A DNA stretch of 47,938 nucleotides from contig CANRAQ010000002.1 in the NCBI GenBank assembly GCA_947628725.1, forward strand, positions 1-47,938. The letters run 5' to 3'. This document shows, in pieces, positions 1 through 10,090 of this stretch; the first letter of the stretch is position 1, and every line of letters begins with the position of its first letter. This stretch comes from an uncultured Bacilli bacterium. GTDB lineage: Bacteria > Bacillota_I > Bacilli_A > RF39 > UBA660. A model generated the notes under the pieces. It worked only from the letters and a program-made list of their open reading frames with translations, ran no database searches and was not told the origin of the DNA. The position numbers were made by a program, and so were the translations under genes.

Positions 1-3000
1 AGTAAAGTTTACTGTTATTGTTGCTGATCCTGCTGCTACTCCTGTTACTGTTACTAAATTATTTGTATTTGCAGCTACTGCCGCTGATGAGGCTTGTGTT
101 ACTGTTGCTTTTGCTGTTGCGTTACTTGATACTGTAAACTTTCCTGCTACACTTGCTTTTTCATTAAATGTTAATGTTTTTCCTTTTACTACAGTTCCGC
201 TTGTTGCACTTAATGTTATTGTTGGTGTTGCTTTATTTACTGTTAATTTCCCATTTACTTTTGTTATATCATAATTTGCTGTTACATCTGTTGTTCCACT
301 TTTTATTACAACATTGCTTAATGTATTTGTAGCAGTTCCTGCTGCTGTTTGTGTTCCTACTATTGTACATGTTGCTGCATGTCCACTTACTAATTGACCA
401 CTTGTTAATGTACATGTGTTATTTGTTAGTGCACTTGCATCATATGTTTTACTTGATGTTCCTGCTGTATATGTCACTGGCCTTTTAGATATTGAACAGT
501 TAAATGTCTTTGTTCCTGTTGCGTTATCAGACCATCTATATCCTGTCACTAGTGTTGCTGTTATTGTATATGTTCCTGCATTTGTTTGATTATATCCACT
601 TAATGTATATCCTGTTCCACTTGTTGCTGTTGTGATTTGTTGTTGACTTCCTGTATATACTAGTCCTGTTTTACATAAAGAAGTCGTTGGAATCGCTGCC
701 GCACTTGCTATTGTAGCCGTATATGTCTTTGCTGCAGCATTATTATAATTTGCCGTATCTGTTGGAGTAAAGTTTACTGTTATTGTTGCTGATCCTGCTG
801 CTACTCCTGTTACTGTTACTAAATTATTTGTATTTGCAGCTACTGCAGCTGATGAGGCTTGTGTTACTGTTGCTTTTGCTGTTGCGTTACTTGCTACTGT
901 AAACTTTCCTGCTACACTTGCTTTTTCATTAAATGTTAATGCTTTCCCTGCCACTACTGTTCCACTTGTTGCGCTTAATGTTATTGTTGGTGTTGCCTTT
1001 GCTATTGAACAACTAAATGTCTTTGTTCCTGTTGTATTATCATTCCATCTATATCCTGCTGCTAATGTCGCTGTTACTGTATGTGCCCCTGCAGTCGTTT
1101 GATTATATCCTGTTAATGTATATCCTGTTCCACTTGTTACTGTTGTTATCTGTTGTTGGCCTCCTGTATATACAAGCCCTGTTTTACATAAAGAAGTCCC
1201 TGGTGGCGTTGCTGATTTTGTTACTGTTGCTGTATATGTCTTTGCTGCCGCACTATTAAAGTTTGCTGTATCTGTTGGAGTAAAGTTTACTGCTATCGCA
1301 CTACTTCCATCTTTTACTCCTGTTACTGTTATTGTTGTTGCTTTACCTGCTGCTGTTGCTGTTACTGTCGCACTTCCTGGACTTACTGTAGCTACTGCTG
1401 TTGTTCCACTTGTAATACTAAGTGTTCCTGCCGCATCTGGTGTTGATTTTACTGTTGCTGTAAATGTCATTGTTTTTCCTGCTACTACTGTTCCATTTGC
1501 TGAAAGTGTTATTGTTGGTGTTGCCTTTGCTATTGAACAACTAAATGTCTTTGTTCCTGTTGTATTATCATTCCATCTATATCCTGCTGCTAATGTCGCT
1601 GTTACTGTATGTGCCCCTGCAGTCGTTTGATTATATCCTGTTAATGTATATCCTGTTCCACTTGTCGCTGTTGTTATCTGTTGCTCGCTTCCTGTATATA
1701 CTAGTCCTGTTTTACATAAACTTGTTGTTGGTGGTGTTGCTGATTTTGTTACTGTTGCTGTATATGTCTTTGCTGCCGCTTTGTTAAAGTTTGTTGTATC
1801 TGTTGGAGTGAAGTTTACTGCTATAGCACTACTTCCATCTTTTACTCCTGTTACTGTTATTGTTGTTGCTTTACCTGCTGCTGTTGCTGTTACTGTCGCA
1901 CTTCCTGGACTTACTGTAGCTACTGCTGTTGTTCCACTTGTAATACTAAGTGTTCCTGCCGCATCTGGTGTTGATTTTACTGTTGCTGTAAATGTCATTG
2001 TTTTTCCTGCTACTACTGTTCCATTTGCTGAAAGTGTTATTGTTGGTGTTGCCTTTGCTATTGAACAACTAAATGTCTTTGTTCCTGTTGTATTATCATT
2101 CCATCTATATCCTGCTGCTAATGTCGCTGTTACTGTATGTGCCCCTGCAGTCGTTTGATTATATCCTGTTAATGTATATCCTGTTCCACTTGTCGCTGTT
2201 GTTATCTGTTGCTCGCTTCCTGTATATACTAGTCCTGTTTTACATAAACTTGTTGTTGGTGGTGTTGCTGATTTTGTTACTGTTGCTGTATATGTCTTTG
2301 CTGCTGCATTATTAAAGTTTACTGTATCTGTTGGAGTGAAGTTTACTGCTATCGCACTACTTCCATCTTTTACTCCTGTTACTGTTATTGTTGTAGCTTT
2401 ACCTGCTGCTGTTGCTGTTACTGATGCACTTCCTGGACTTACTGTAGCTACTGCTGTTGTTCCACTTGTAATACTAAGTGTTCCAGCTGCATCTGGTGTT
2501 GATTTTACTGTTGCTGTAAATGTCATTGTTTTTCCTGCTACCACTGTTCCATTTGCTGAAAGTGTTATTGTTGGTGTTGCCTTTGCTATTGAACATTTAA
2601 ATGTCTTTGTTCCTGTTGCGTTATCATTCCATCTATGTCCATCTGCTAATGTTGCCGTTACTGTATATGTTCCTGCATTTGTTTGATTATATCCACTTAA
2701 TGTATATCCTGTTCCACTTGTTGCTGTTGTGATTTGTTGTTCGCTTCCCGTATATACTAGTCCTGTTTTACATAAAGAAGTTGTTGGAATTGTTGCTGAT
2801 TTTGTTATCGTTGCTGTATATGTCTTTGCTGTTGCATTATTAAAGTTTACTGTATCTGTTGGAGTGAAGTTTACTGCTATCGCACTACTTCCATCTTTTA
2901 CTCCTGTTACTGTTATTGTATTACTTGCTGCTCCTGCAGAAGTTGCTGTTAATGCTTGACTTGCTGGTGTTACTGTAGCTACTGCTGTTGTTCCACTTGT

Positions 3001-4400
3001 TGCACCTACTGTTCCTGCTGCTGATACAGTAGTTCCTGATTTCACTGTTGCTGTAAATGTTAATGTTTTTCCTGCTACTACTGTTCCACTCGCTGCACTT
3101 AATGTTATTGTTGGTGTTGCTTTATTTACTGTTAATTTCCCATTTACTTTTGTTATATCATAATTTGCTGTTACATCTGTTGTTCCGTTTTTTATTACAA
3201 CATTGCTCAATGTATTTGTAGCAGTTCCTGCTGTTGTTTGTGTTCCTGCTATTGTACATGTTGCTGCATGTCCACTTACTAATTGACCACTTGTTAATGT
3301 ACATGTGTTATTTGTTAATGCACTTGCATCATATGTTTTACTTGATGTTCCTGCTGTATATGTTACTGGCCTTTTAGCTATTGAACAGTTAAATGTCTTT
3401 GTTCCTGTTGCGTTATCAGACCATCTATATCCTGTCGCTAATGTTGCTGTTACTGTATATGAACCTGCATTTGTTTGCGTATTGCCACTAAATGTATAGC
3501 CTTCTCCTGCTGCATTTGTTATTGTTTGTGCTGCCCCATTATATGTTGGTGTTGAACAATATGATGTTGTTGGAATCGCTGCTGATTTTGTTATCGTTGC
3601 TGTATACGTCTTTGCTGCAGCATTATTAAAGTTTGTTGTATCTGTTGGAGTAAAGTTCACTGTTATTGTGCTTGATCCATCTTTTACTCCTGTTACTGTT
3701 ATTGTTGTCTGTGCTCCTGCACTTGTTCCTGTCGTTTGAGTGCTTGTTGGTGATACTGTTGCTGTTGCTGGTGTACTACTATCCAAAGATAATGTTCCTA
3801 CAGCATTTGGAGTTGATTTTACTGTTGCTGTAAATGTTAATGTTTTTCCTTTTACTACTGTTCCACCTGTTGCTGATATTTCTATTGTTGGAGTTATTTT
3901 TGTTATTTTTAATGTTCCATCTACATATTTTATATTTACTGTATAGTTTGATGCCTCTGCAGTAAGACCACTTAATTTTATTGAATATGTTCCTGCATTT
4001 GTTGGAGCAATTGTGTTTTCATTATAATTTGATGATGAATATTTATATGTAGGTGTTCCTCCTATTGTTACTACTGTTTCTTTGTCGTTTCCTTTTAATC
4101 CTTCTACACTAGTAGTGTATGAATTAGATAGATTAGCTGGGCTTGCTGTATATGCTACTGTCTGATTTTTTGGTGTTGCTGTTAATGTCAAAGGTGCCTT
4201 TTTTATAGAACAAGTAAATGTTTTATTTGTTCCTGTGAAGTCTTCCCATACATATCCTTCTTTTAATGTTGCTGTTACCGTATAATCTCTTGCATTTAAC
4301 TGTGTATTATTACTAAATGTATAGCCCTCTCCTGCCGCTTTTGTTATTATTTGGTTTGCGCCATTATACGTTGGATTTGAGCAATATGTTAGATCTGCTG
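1..4400 (-). repeat. Intragenic tandem repeat array: near-identical 528-bp (176-aa) units plus longer ~765-790-bp mosaic units
   Basis: The antisense ORFs at 1017, 1545 and 2073 have identical N-termini, giving a 528-bp period. The motif 'atgtctttgttcctgtt' recurs at ~504, 1017, 1545, 2073, 2601 and 3393. Positions 1-~300 repeat at 766-~1010, and 241-520 repeat at 3121-3400. Confidence 0.9.
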
Positions 4401-6561
4401 GTATTACTATTTTTCTTTTTGAAGTCTCTACTTTATTATTTTCTACATCAGTAGTGTCGCTTACTTCTTTATCTTGATAATTTGCTTTTTTTAATGTTAC
4501 TGTTACTCCGACATGTTTTCCTACTAAATCATCTGTAACTTTTAAATCTTTGCCTGTTTGACCTTCTATTACTACTTTTTTCCCAGTTGAGTCCTCATAC
4601 CACCATTCATATTCATAACTATCTGGTTTTTCTTGTGGATCTGTCACTGTTGCTGTTAATGTACTTCCTACTACATTGTCTCCTTCTACTGTTACGCTTC
4701 CACCTGTAAATGGTCTTTTTGTTACTGTTAATTTTCCCTTTGCATTAGTTATCTTGTAATTTTTTGTTACATCTACATTACTTGCATTTTTTATTGTTAC
4801 TGTTTCTATAACATTGTCTTTTGTGCCTACATTTGTTATAGCTGATTCTTTTGTCATTTTACAAGTTACATTATGTCCATTTATTAGGCTTGCTGTACAT
4901 CCACTATTAGTTAAAGGAGTTCCATCGTAAACTTTTTGATCACTTGCAGCTGTTACTGTTACTGGTCTTTTATTTATTGTAAATGTTTTACTTACTGTTC
5001 CTTTATAATTTCCTTTTCCTGTTACTGTTACAGTTGCTGTTCCTGCATCTACATTATCTTCATATGTTACTGTATAATCTGTATCAAATGTTAATGTTTT
5101 TGATCCATCTTTTAAAGTTACTGTTGGTGTCTTTGCAGTTGAATCGTATTCGTATTCGTTTTCACTTAATGTTACTGTAAAATCATCTATTGGTTTTGGT
5201 GTTACTACTCCATGTGCTTGAGTTTGTTCATTTACATTTCCTACTCTATCTGATACTGAACCTGTTTTTAATACTAAATCATATTCTCCTGCATTTACGC
5301 TATTTAATGTTAATGTTATTTTATATCCATTTGTTACTTTTACTGCTTCACTTATTGCTTTTATTGTTGATATATTACTATTTAAAGTAAAATTATCATT
5401 ATTAAGTTTAAATAGGTCTAATCCACTTTCTTCATCTGTGCATATTACTGTAGCTGTTATTTCTTCTCCATAAATTACACTATTTATGTTTGGTATTGTA
5501 CATATTGGTTTTATACTATCTATTGTATCTATATCTTTTACTACATTCTTATAATTTAGTCCATCACTCGTTGTTGCTTTTACTGTTTTATTATCCCTAT
5601 ATGTGACTTGTTCTTTAATTTTCACACTTGGTTGTGATACCTTATACCATGTGTTTGGTTTTATCTGTGTTGTATCTTCACCACTACATTTTGTTGGTAA
5701 TATTGTTGCGTTATTACAACTATTTACCTTAACATTACTTGTTCCTGCTACTTCTGAATAAAAATAATGTTCTGGTGTTATAATGTTTGTATCATCATAT
5801 AATATTGTTACTTCTTTTTGTAACCAGTTATCTGTCTTTGTTATAGTTATGCTTGGCGCTACTATTTCTTTAGTTTTTACTGATCCTGTTAGTGTTGCTT
5901 CTTTTCCAACTACATTTGTTACTACTATTTTATAATAATAGGTATTATTAGATATTAAGTTATCAAATGAGCATGTTTTTTCGTTTGTTTTTCCTGTTCC
6001 ACCATATGTTGTATCTTTTCCGAATTCACATCTATAACTTTTTATTACTGATTCACTATTAACATCAAAATTTATTATTGATGAGTTTGTACTGATATCT
6101 GATGATATAAAAGTTAATATTGGAGCATCTAATGATACTTCTCCCTTTGTTATTCCTGATTCTTTTCCCCAGTTTACTATTTCATCATTTATTTCTAAGT
6201 TATATAATCCTACTACTTTATCATCTTCTACAATTACTGTGCCATCTTTTGGTTTACCACTTTTTAATTCAAGGTCTAATGTGTCCCCATTACATTTTTT
6301 ATTTGAATAGCTACCTAAACATAGGTTACCATCTTCCATTACTGCATATGAGCCATCTTTAACATTGAACTTTTCTATTTTTTTACTTACAATATTATCC
6401 TGTATAGCTCCTATATAATTGTCTACACTTATTTGAATATTTCTGTCTTTAGAACTTTCTATTATTCCATATACAAAATAGACTAATATAAGTCCTATAA
6501 TTGTTAATACCGCTATTACTGCAAGTAGTTCTACTAATGTAAATCCTCTTCTTTTACTCAT
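1..6561 (-). CDS. Giant (>2186 aa; 3' end beyond window) surface protein with a type IV prepilin-like N-terminus followed by many Ig-like/MBG-like repeat modules
   Basis: Absent from the ORF track because no stop lies in the window. Hand translation of the reverse strand from the ATG at 6561 (GAGG ~8 nt upstream) gives MSKRRGFTLVELLAVIAVLTIIGLILVYFVYGIIESSKDRN..., i.e. a G|FTLVE prepilin cleavage/methylation motif plus a hydrophobic helix. Frames spot-checked at 1-60, 3961-4020, 5401-5460 and 6361-6561 are open. 6561 is divisible by 3, so the frame runs off position 1. Repeated ...YNGAAQTITNAAGEGYTFSGNTQTNAGSYTVTATLATGYRWSDNATGTKTFNCSIAK... and KVYDGTPLT-type modules. Confidence 0.85.
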   Translation of the reverse strand, partial: MSKRRGFTLVELLAVIAVLTIIGLILVYFVYGIIESSKDRNIQISVDNYIGAIQDNIVSKKIEKFNVKDGSYAVMEDGNLCLGSYSNKKCNGDTLDLELKSGKPKDGTVIVEDDKVVGLYNLEINDEIVNWGKESGITKGEVSLDAPILTFISSDISTNSSIINFDVNSESVIKSYRCEFGKDTTYGGTGKTNEKTCSFDNLISNNTYYYKIVVTNVVGKEATLTGSVKTKEIVAPSITITKTDNWLQKEVTILYDDTNIITPEHYFYSEVAGTSNVKVNSCNNATILPTKCSGEDTTQIKPNTWYKVSQPSVKIKEQVTYRDNKTVKATTSDGLNYKNVVKDIDTIDSIKPICTIPNINSVIYGEEITATVICTDEESGLDLFKLNNDNFTLNSNISTIKAISEAVKVTNGYKITLTLNSVNAGEYDLVLKTGSVSDRVGNVNEQTQAHGVVTPKPIDDFTVTLSENEYEYDSTAKTPTVTLKDGSKTLTFDTDYTVTYEDNVDAGTATVTVTGKGNYKGTVSKTFTINKRPVTVTAASDQKVYDGTPLTNSGCTASLINGHNVTCKMTKESAITNVGTKDNVIETVTIKNASNVDVTKNYKITNAKGKLTVTKRPFTGGSVTVEGDNVVGSTLTATVTDPQEKPDSYEYEWWYEDSTGKKVVIEGQTGKDLKVTDDLVGKHVGVTVTLKKANYQDKEVSDTTDVENNKVETSKRKIVIPADLTYCSNPTYNGANQIITKAAGEGYTFSNNTQLNARDYTVTATLKEGYVWEDFTGTNKTFTCSIKKAPLTLTATPKNQTVAYTASPANLSNSYTTSVEGLKGNDKETVVTIGGTPTYKYSSSNYNENTIAPTNAGTYSIKLSGLTAEASNYTVNIKYVDGTLKITKITPTIEISATGGTVVKGKTLTFTATVKSTPNAVGTLSLDSSTPATATVSPTSTQTTGTSAGAQTTITVTGVKDGSSTITVNFTPTDTTNFNNAAAKTYTATITKSAAIPTTSYCSTPTYNGAAQTITNAAGEGYTFSGNTQTNAGSYTVTATLATGYRWSDNATGTKTFNCSIAKRPVTYTAGTSSKTYDASALTNNTCTLTSGQLVSGHAATCTIAGTQTTAGTATNTLSNVVIKNGTTDVTANYDITKVNGKLTVNKATPTITLSAASGTVVAGKTLTFTATVKSGTTVSAAGTVGATSGTTAVATVTPASQALTATSAGAASNTITVTGVKDGSSAIAVNFTPTDTVNFNNATAKTYTATITKSATIPTTSLCKTGLVYTGSEQQITTATSGTGYTLSGYNQTNAGTYTVTATLADGHRWNDNATGTKTFKCSIAKATPTITLSANGTVVAGKTMTFTATVKSTPDAAGTLSITSGTTAVATVSPGSASVTATAAGKATTITVTGVKDGSSAIAVNFTPTDTVNFNNAAAKTYTATVTKSATPPTTSLCKTGLVYTGSEQQITTATSGTGYTLTGYNQTTAGAHTVTATLAAGYRWNDNTTGTKTFSCSIAKATPTITLSANGTVVAGKTMTFTATVKSTPDAAGTLSITSGTTAVATVSPGSATVTATAAGKATTITVTGVKDGSSAIAVNFTPTDTTNFNKAAAKTYTATVTKSATPPTTSLCKTGLVYTGSEQQITTATSGTGYTLTGYNQTTAGAHTVTATLAAGYRWNDNTTGTKTFSCSIAKATPTITLSANGTVVAGKTMTFTATVKSTPDAAGTLSITSGTTAVATVSPGSATVTATAAGKATTITVTGVKDGSSAIAVNFTPTDTANFNSAAAKTYTATVTKSATPPGTSLCKTGLVYTGGQQQITTVTSGTGYTLTGYNQTTAGAHTVTATLAAGYRWNDNTTGTKTFSCSIAKATPTITLSATSGTVVAGKALTFNEKASVAGKFTVASNATAKATVTQASSAAVAANTNNLVTVTGVAAGSATITVNFTPTDTANYNNAAAKTYTATIASAAAIPTTSLCKTGLVYTGSQQQITTATSGTGYTLSGYNQTNAGTYTITATLVTGYRWSDNATGTKTFNCSISKRPVTYTAGTSSKTYDASALTNNTCTLTSGQLVSGHAATCTIVGTQTAAGTATNTLSNVVIKSGTTDVTANYDITKVNGKLTVNKATPTITLSATSGTVVKGKTLTFNEKASVAGKFTVSSNATAKATVTQASSAAVAANTNNLVTVTGVAAGSATITVNFT

Positions 6562-6715
6562 AACATGCACCTCTCATAACTATTTTCACTAATATCATTA
6601 TACTATTTTTGCCTTTAAAAGTAAATAAAAAATGGCAAGTTATGTCATTTTTTAGGGGTTGATAAATATCTATATAGATTAAACATATTTTTCATATAAT
6701 ATAGTGGTGGTATTA

Positions 6716-7339
6716 ATGGAAAAAATATTATATATAATTATTTTAATTTTATTAGAAAGTAGCAATTTTTATAAAAACATCAACTATGTTAATCCATCTA
6801 ATTATGATTTTATAGTAAATAAAAATAATAAATTAGATAGAAATTATGAGCCTAAAGATTTAGAAAAAATAGATTTAAAATATTCATGTGAAAATAAATA
6901 TTTGAGGCATGATGCTAGAATAAAATTTGAACAAATGGCTGAAGATGCTTCTAAAGAAGGTCTTAATCTAATAGCGGTATCTACTTATAGAAGTTACGAT
7001 TATCAAGAAAAATTATACAACAATTATGTTAAAGATTATGGATTTTACTATGCTGATATGGCAAGTGCTAGACCTGGACATTCTGAACATCAGACTGGTC
7101 TTGCAGTAGATGTTTCAGATAGTTCATTAGATTATGATAATTTTGAAGAAACTAAAGAATTCGAGTGGATGAAAAATAATAGTTATAAATATGGTTTTAT
7201 ATTAAGATATCCTAAAGCTAAATTTCTTACAACTGGATTCAAGTACGAACCTTGGCACTATAGGTATGTAGGCGAAGATATAGCAACTTATATATATAAA
7301 AATAATTTAACTTTAGAAGAATACGAAAATAATTTTTAA
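6716..7339 (+). CDS. D-alanyl-D-alanine carboxypeptidase, VanY/peptidase M15B family
   Basis: SEHQTGLAVD and EPWHYRYVG motifs with an N-terminal membrane anchor. The ATG at 6716 (MEKILYII) follows GGTGG; the track start at 6704 is a GTG. Confidence 0.8.
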   Translation: MEKILYIIILILLESSNFYKNINYVNPSNYDFIVNKNNKLDRNYEPKDLEKIDLKYSCENKYLRHDARIKFEQMAEDASKEGLNLIAVSTYRSYDYQEKLYNNYVKDYGFYYADMASARPGHSEHQTGLAVDVSDSSLDYDNFEETKEFEWMKNNSYKYGFILRYPKAKFLTTGFKYEPWHYRYVGEDIATYIYKNNLTLEEYENNF

Positions 7340-7353
7340 AAATTGTATAAGAA

Positions 7354-7380
7354 AACCTCTAGAAAAAATCTAGAGGTTTA
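7354..7380. terminator. Hairpin terminator between the convergent vanY-like and cotD-like genes
   Basis: Perfect 10-bp stem aacctctaga/tctagaggtt with an A5 loop; the flanking U-tracts are modest. Confidence 0.5.
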
Positions 7381-7412
7381 TCTACACTCTTTAGAATATG
7401 TATAATCATATC

Positions 7413-7580
7413 CTATTGCATGTTATTAAACATATTTCCTGAGCATCCACCACAATCATTATTTATAACTACATTTTCTTCATCACAAGTATATTGTGGA
7501 GTATATGTATGTGTATAAATATGTTTATTTATTACATGAGTATGTATTGGGCAACAATGTGCCTGCCCATTTTTGATAGA
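7413..7580 (-). pseudogene. C-terminal segment of a split CotD-family spore coat gene (no start codon)
   Basis: Open frame SIKNGQAHCCPIHTHVINKHIYTHTYTPQYTCDEENVVINNDCGGCSGNMFNNMQ*, beginning directly after and in frame with the mazF stop. No ATG/GTG/TTG start. The His/Thr/Pro/Cys-rich composition resembles CotD. Confidence 0.6.
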
Positions 7581-7922
7581 CTATTCTTCAATGCAAGCAT
7601 TTAACAAAGTAATTATGCTTATTAAATCATTGTCACTTAATTTTTCAACAAATTTTAAATTTCTAATTTCATAATCTATACTTCTAATATGTTCACACAA
7701 AACGGATCCATGTACATCTTTGGTATCCTCCAATTTATAATGTGTTGGAAATTCTTTATCATTAGAAGTAATTGGACACACAATAACCATTTTTGTATTT
7801 TGATTAAAGATGTTATTGCTAATTACAACTGCAGGTCTAAAGCCTGATTGTTCATGACCTTTTATTGGATTAAAATTTAGAAAAACTAAATCTCCTTGCT
7901 TTGGTATATATTTTTTTACCAT
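7581..7922 (-). CDS. mazF: Type II toxin, PemK/MazF family endoribonuclease
   Basis: 113 aa. The IPKQGDLVFLNFNP..GHEQSGFRPAVVIS pattern is typical of MazF/PemK. Overlaps the upstream antitoxin gene. Confidence 0.85.
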   Translation of the reverse strand: MVKKYIPKQGDLVFLNFNPIKGHEQSGFRPAVVISNNIFNQNTKMVIVCPITSNDKEFPTHYKLEDTKDVHGSVLCEHIRSIDYEIRNLKFVEKLSDNDLISIITLLNACIEE

Positions 7923-8158
7923 ATTTCTTTTCCTACACTTTCATCCCAAGAAAAATCCTTTGCTAAATTTTCACCATTATATTCTTTAAATCTTTTTTCT
8001 AATGATATTTTCTTTTTTTGAGGCACACTAATAACTATTTTGTTATCATCTAGTTCTATATTTAATATATCATTAGTTTTTATATTTAAAGATTTTAAAA
8101 TATTACTAGGAATTCTAATACCTAAAGAATTTCCCCACTTTTGAAGCCTAGCTTCCAT
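7916..8158 (-). CDS. mazE: Type II antitoxin, MazE/AbrB/SpoVT family
   Basis: The N-terminus MEARLQKWGNSLGIRIP is a classic MazE/AbrB swapped-hairpin motif. The start at 8158 follows GGGGATGA. The stop overlaps mazF by 7 nt. Confidence 0.8.
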   Translation of the reverse strand: MEARLQKWGNSLGIRIPSNILKSLNIKTNDILNIELDDNKIVISVPQKKKISLEKRFKEYNGENLAKDFSWDESVGKEIW

Positions 8159-8233
8159 GTTATCATCCCCATTCACTTATAGTATATACAATGTTTATAC
8201 ATTTGTCAACCATTTATTACAATTTATAATAAG

Positions 8234-9802
8234 TTATTTAGGCATACTAAAAGTAACTTTAATATTTATAGTTTTATCTTCAAATATCTCTATTTTATCG
8301 ATTAAATTAACTATTAGTTCTCTACTAGGGTTTTTAAAATATATAAATTTATTAATATATTCTCTTATAAGTTTATTTTTTAACTCTTCATTTATTGTTT
8401 CATTAATATCATCATTTAATTTATTATATTCTTTTTGTTTTATTGAAAGTTCATGTTCTAATTTTGATTTTACTCTTTCAAATTGTTCATCAGTAATTTT
8501 TTTATTTAACTTATCAATATAAATATAATCTAAATTATCATTAATTTGTTTAATATCATTATTTAGTATTTCTAGTCCTTTTTTGTTATTAACTTTATTA
8601 TTTTTATTTAAATTAGATAAAACATTATTTCTAATTTTATCTTGACTAATATAATTTAAACACATTTTAGTAAGTGAATTAATAATTATTTTTTCCAACT
8701 TATCATAATTATTTGAATGAGTTGTACAAAGTCTTTTCTTCATATAAGTTCTATAGTAATTGCAAATAGTGTAACATCTATCATCCTTTTTTCTTCTAGA
8801 TGTAATTGATATTCTATGTCCACATTCACCACAATATAAAAGTCCATCTAATAAATGATTTTCTTTTTTTTCATTTCTACCTACATTTTTAGGTATTCGT
8901 TTTTGAGTTTCATAAAATAATTCTTTGTCAATTATAGCTTCATGAGTATTTTCTACAACAATATAATCATTAGTATTATTTTTAACAATCTTTTTAACTT
9001 TATAATTGACTTTATTTCTTTTATTTTGCACTAGATCACCTATATATATTCTGTTAGTTAAAATATCTCTAATTGTTTTAGGATGCCACTTCCCATATTT
9101 TAAATTATAATGACTTTTCCATTCAAAACTATAATACTCGGCAGGAGTTTTTACTTTTTCATTCGTTAACTGTTTTGCTATTTTATAAAATGACAAACCA
9201 CTCATACACATATTAAATATTCTCTTAACAACACTTGCCTGTTCTTGATTTATTACTAAGTGATTTTTGTCATTTTTATCTTGATCATATCCAAATGGTG
9301 TTCTTCCACCTACCCATTTACCTTCTTTCATTTTTGCTTTTAAACTAGACTTTATTTTCTTAGAAATGTCTTTAGCATACATATCGTTCATTATAGCTTT
9401 AAATGGTGCAATATCATTATTAGAACTATCTAAAAATGTATCTATATTATCCGTTACCGCAATATATCTAACATTATGTTCTGGAAAATATTTTTCTATT
9501 AAATTGCCTGTACCAATATAATCCCTACCAAGTCTTGACATATCTTTAGTAATAACCATATTTATTTTTCCAAGTTCAATATCTTTAAGTAGTCTATTAA
9601 AATTTGGTCTATCAAAATTAGTTCCTGAATACCCGTCATCAATATAAATATCACATATATTTAAATTATTCTCTTTGGCATATTGAAGTAATAAACTTTT
9701 TTGATTTGTAATGCTCTCACTTATCAATACCTTATCGTCGTCTTCACGAGATAGTCTTATATAAAGACCAACATTATATATATTATTTAAACTACTAATC
9801 AA
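8234..9802 (-). CDS. Large serine recombinase (resolvase/invertase N-domain + recombinase domain + zinc ribbon + coiled coil)
   Basis: VGLYIRLSREDD catalytic Ser motif, MSRLGRD, a CGECGH...C..C zinc ribbon and a Lys/Asn-rich coiled-coil C-terminus. Architecture as in SpoIVCA/SprA/TndX. Confidence 0.9.
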   Translation of the reverse strand: MISSLNNIYNVGLYIRLSREDDDKVLISESITNQKSLLLQYAKENNLNICDIYIDDGYSGTNFDRPNFNRLLKDIELGKINMVITKDMSRLGRDYIGTGNLIEKYFPEHNVRYIAVTDNIDTFLDSSNNDIAPFKAIMNDMYAKDISKKIKSSLKAKMKEGKWVGGRTPFGYDQDKNDKNHLVINQEQASVVKRIFNMCMSGLSFYKIAKQLTNEKVKTPAEYYSFEWKSHYNLKYGKWHPKTIRDILTNRIYIGDLVQNKRNKVNYKVKKIVKNNTNDYIVVENTHEAIIDKELFYETQKRIPKNVGRNEKKENHLLDGLLYCGECGHRISITSRRKKDDRCYTICNYYRTYMKKRLCTTHSNNYDKLEKIIINSLTKMCLNYISQDKIRNNVLSNLNKNNKVNNKKGLEILNNDIKQINDNLDYIYIDKLNKKITDEQFERVKSKLEHELSIKQKEYNKLNDDINETINEELKNKLIREYINKFIYFKNPSRELIVNLIDKIEIFEDKTINIKVTFSMPK

Positions 9803-9969
9803 TGTTTACCTCCCTCTAAATATAAATATGTAGATGATGGTATCCCATATTTTTTATTTTTACAAATCATTAAAATATAGTTTTTTAATTCTTTATTTAA
9901 AACTTTTATAAAAATATCATTAATATCTTTTTCTTCACTGAAAATATAATTAATTTTATACTTATCCAT
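9799..9969 (-). CDS. Small hypothetical protein translationally coupled to the recombinase (candidate accessory/directionality factor)
   Basis: The stop overlaps the recombinase start (ATGA-type overlap). The ATG at 9969 is preceded by GAGGGG. No recognisable domain. Confidence 0.4.
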   Translation of the reverse strand: MDKYKINYIFSEEKDINDIFIKVLNKELKNYILMICKNKKYGIPSSTYLYLEGGKH

Positions 9970-10057
9970 AAATTTTAAACCCCTCACTTAAATTTATGGA
10001 AAAAGTATTATTTTTTTACATATTAAATTAATATATTCTATTATAATAATTTAAGCA

Positions 10058-10090
10058 AATAAAAACATCCTATAAAATTTATTAGGATGT
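10058..10090 (-). terminator. Intrinsic terminator immediately after the Fic gene
   Basis: 8-bp stem acatccta/taggatgt followed on the minus strand by a T-run. It separates Fic from the recombinase unit. Confidence 0.6.

Noticed and set aside
1-4400. Tandem repeats as a possible CRISPR array
   Set aside because: The units are 500-800 bp, contiguous without unique spacers, and lie within a continuous coding frame. No cas genes are present.
1017-6362. Fourteen + strand track ORFs (e.g. 1017-1259, 1781-2158, 2336-2686, 4983-5180, 6120-6362) encoding Leu/Val/Phe-rich low-complexity peptides
   Set aside because: They are antisense shadows of the giant minus-strand pilin-like ORF. Their repeats mirror the 528-bp coding repeats, they lack RBSs and their composition is implausible.
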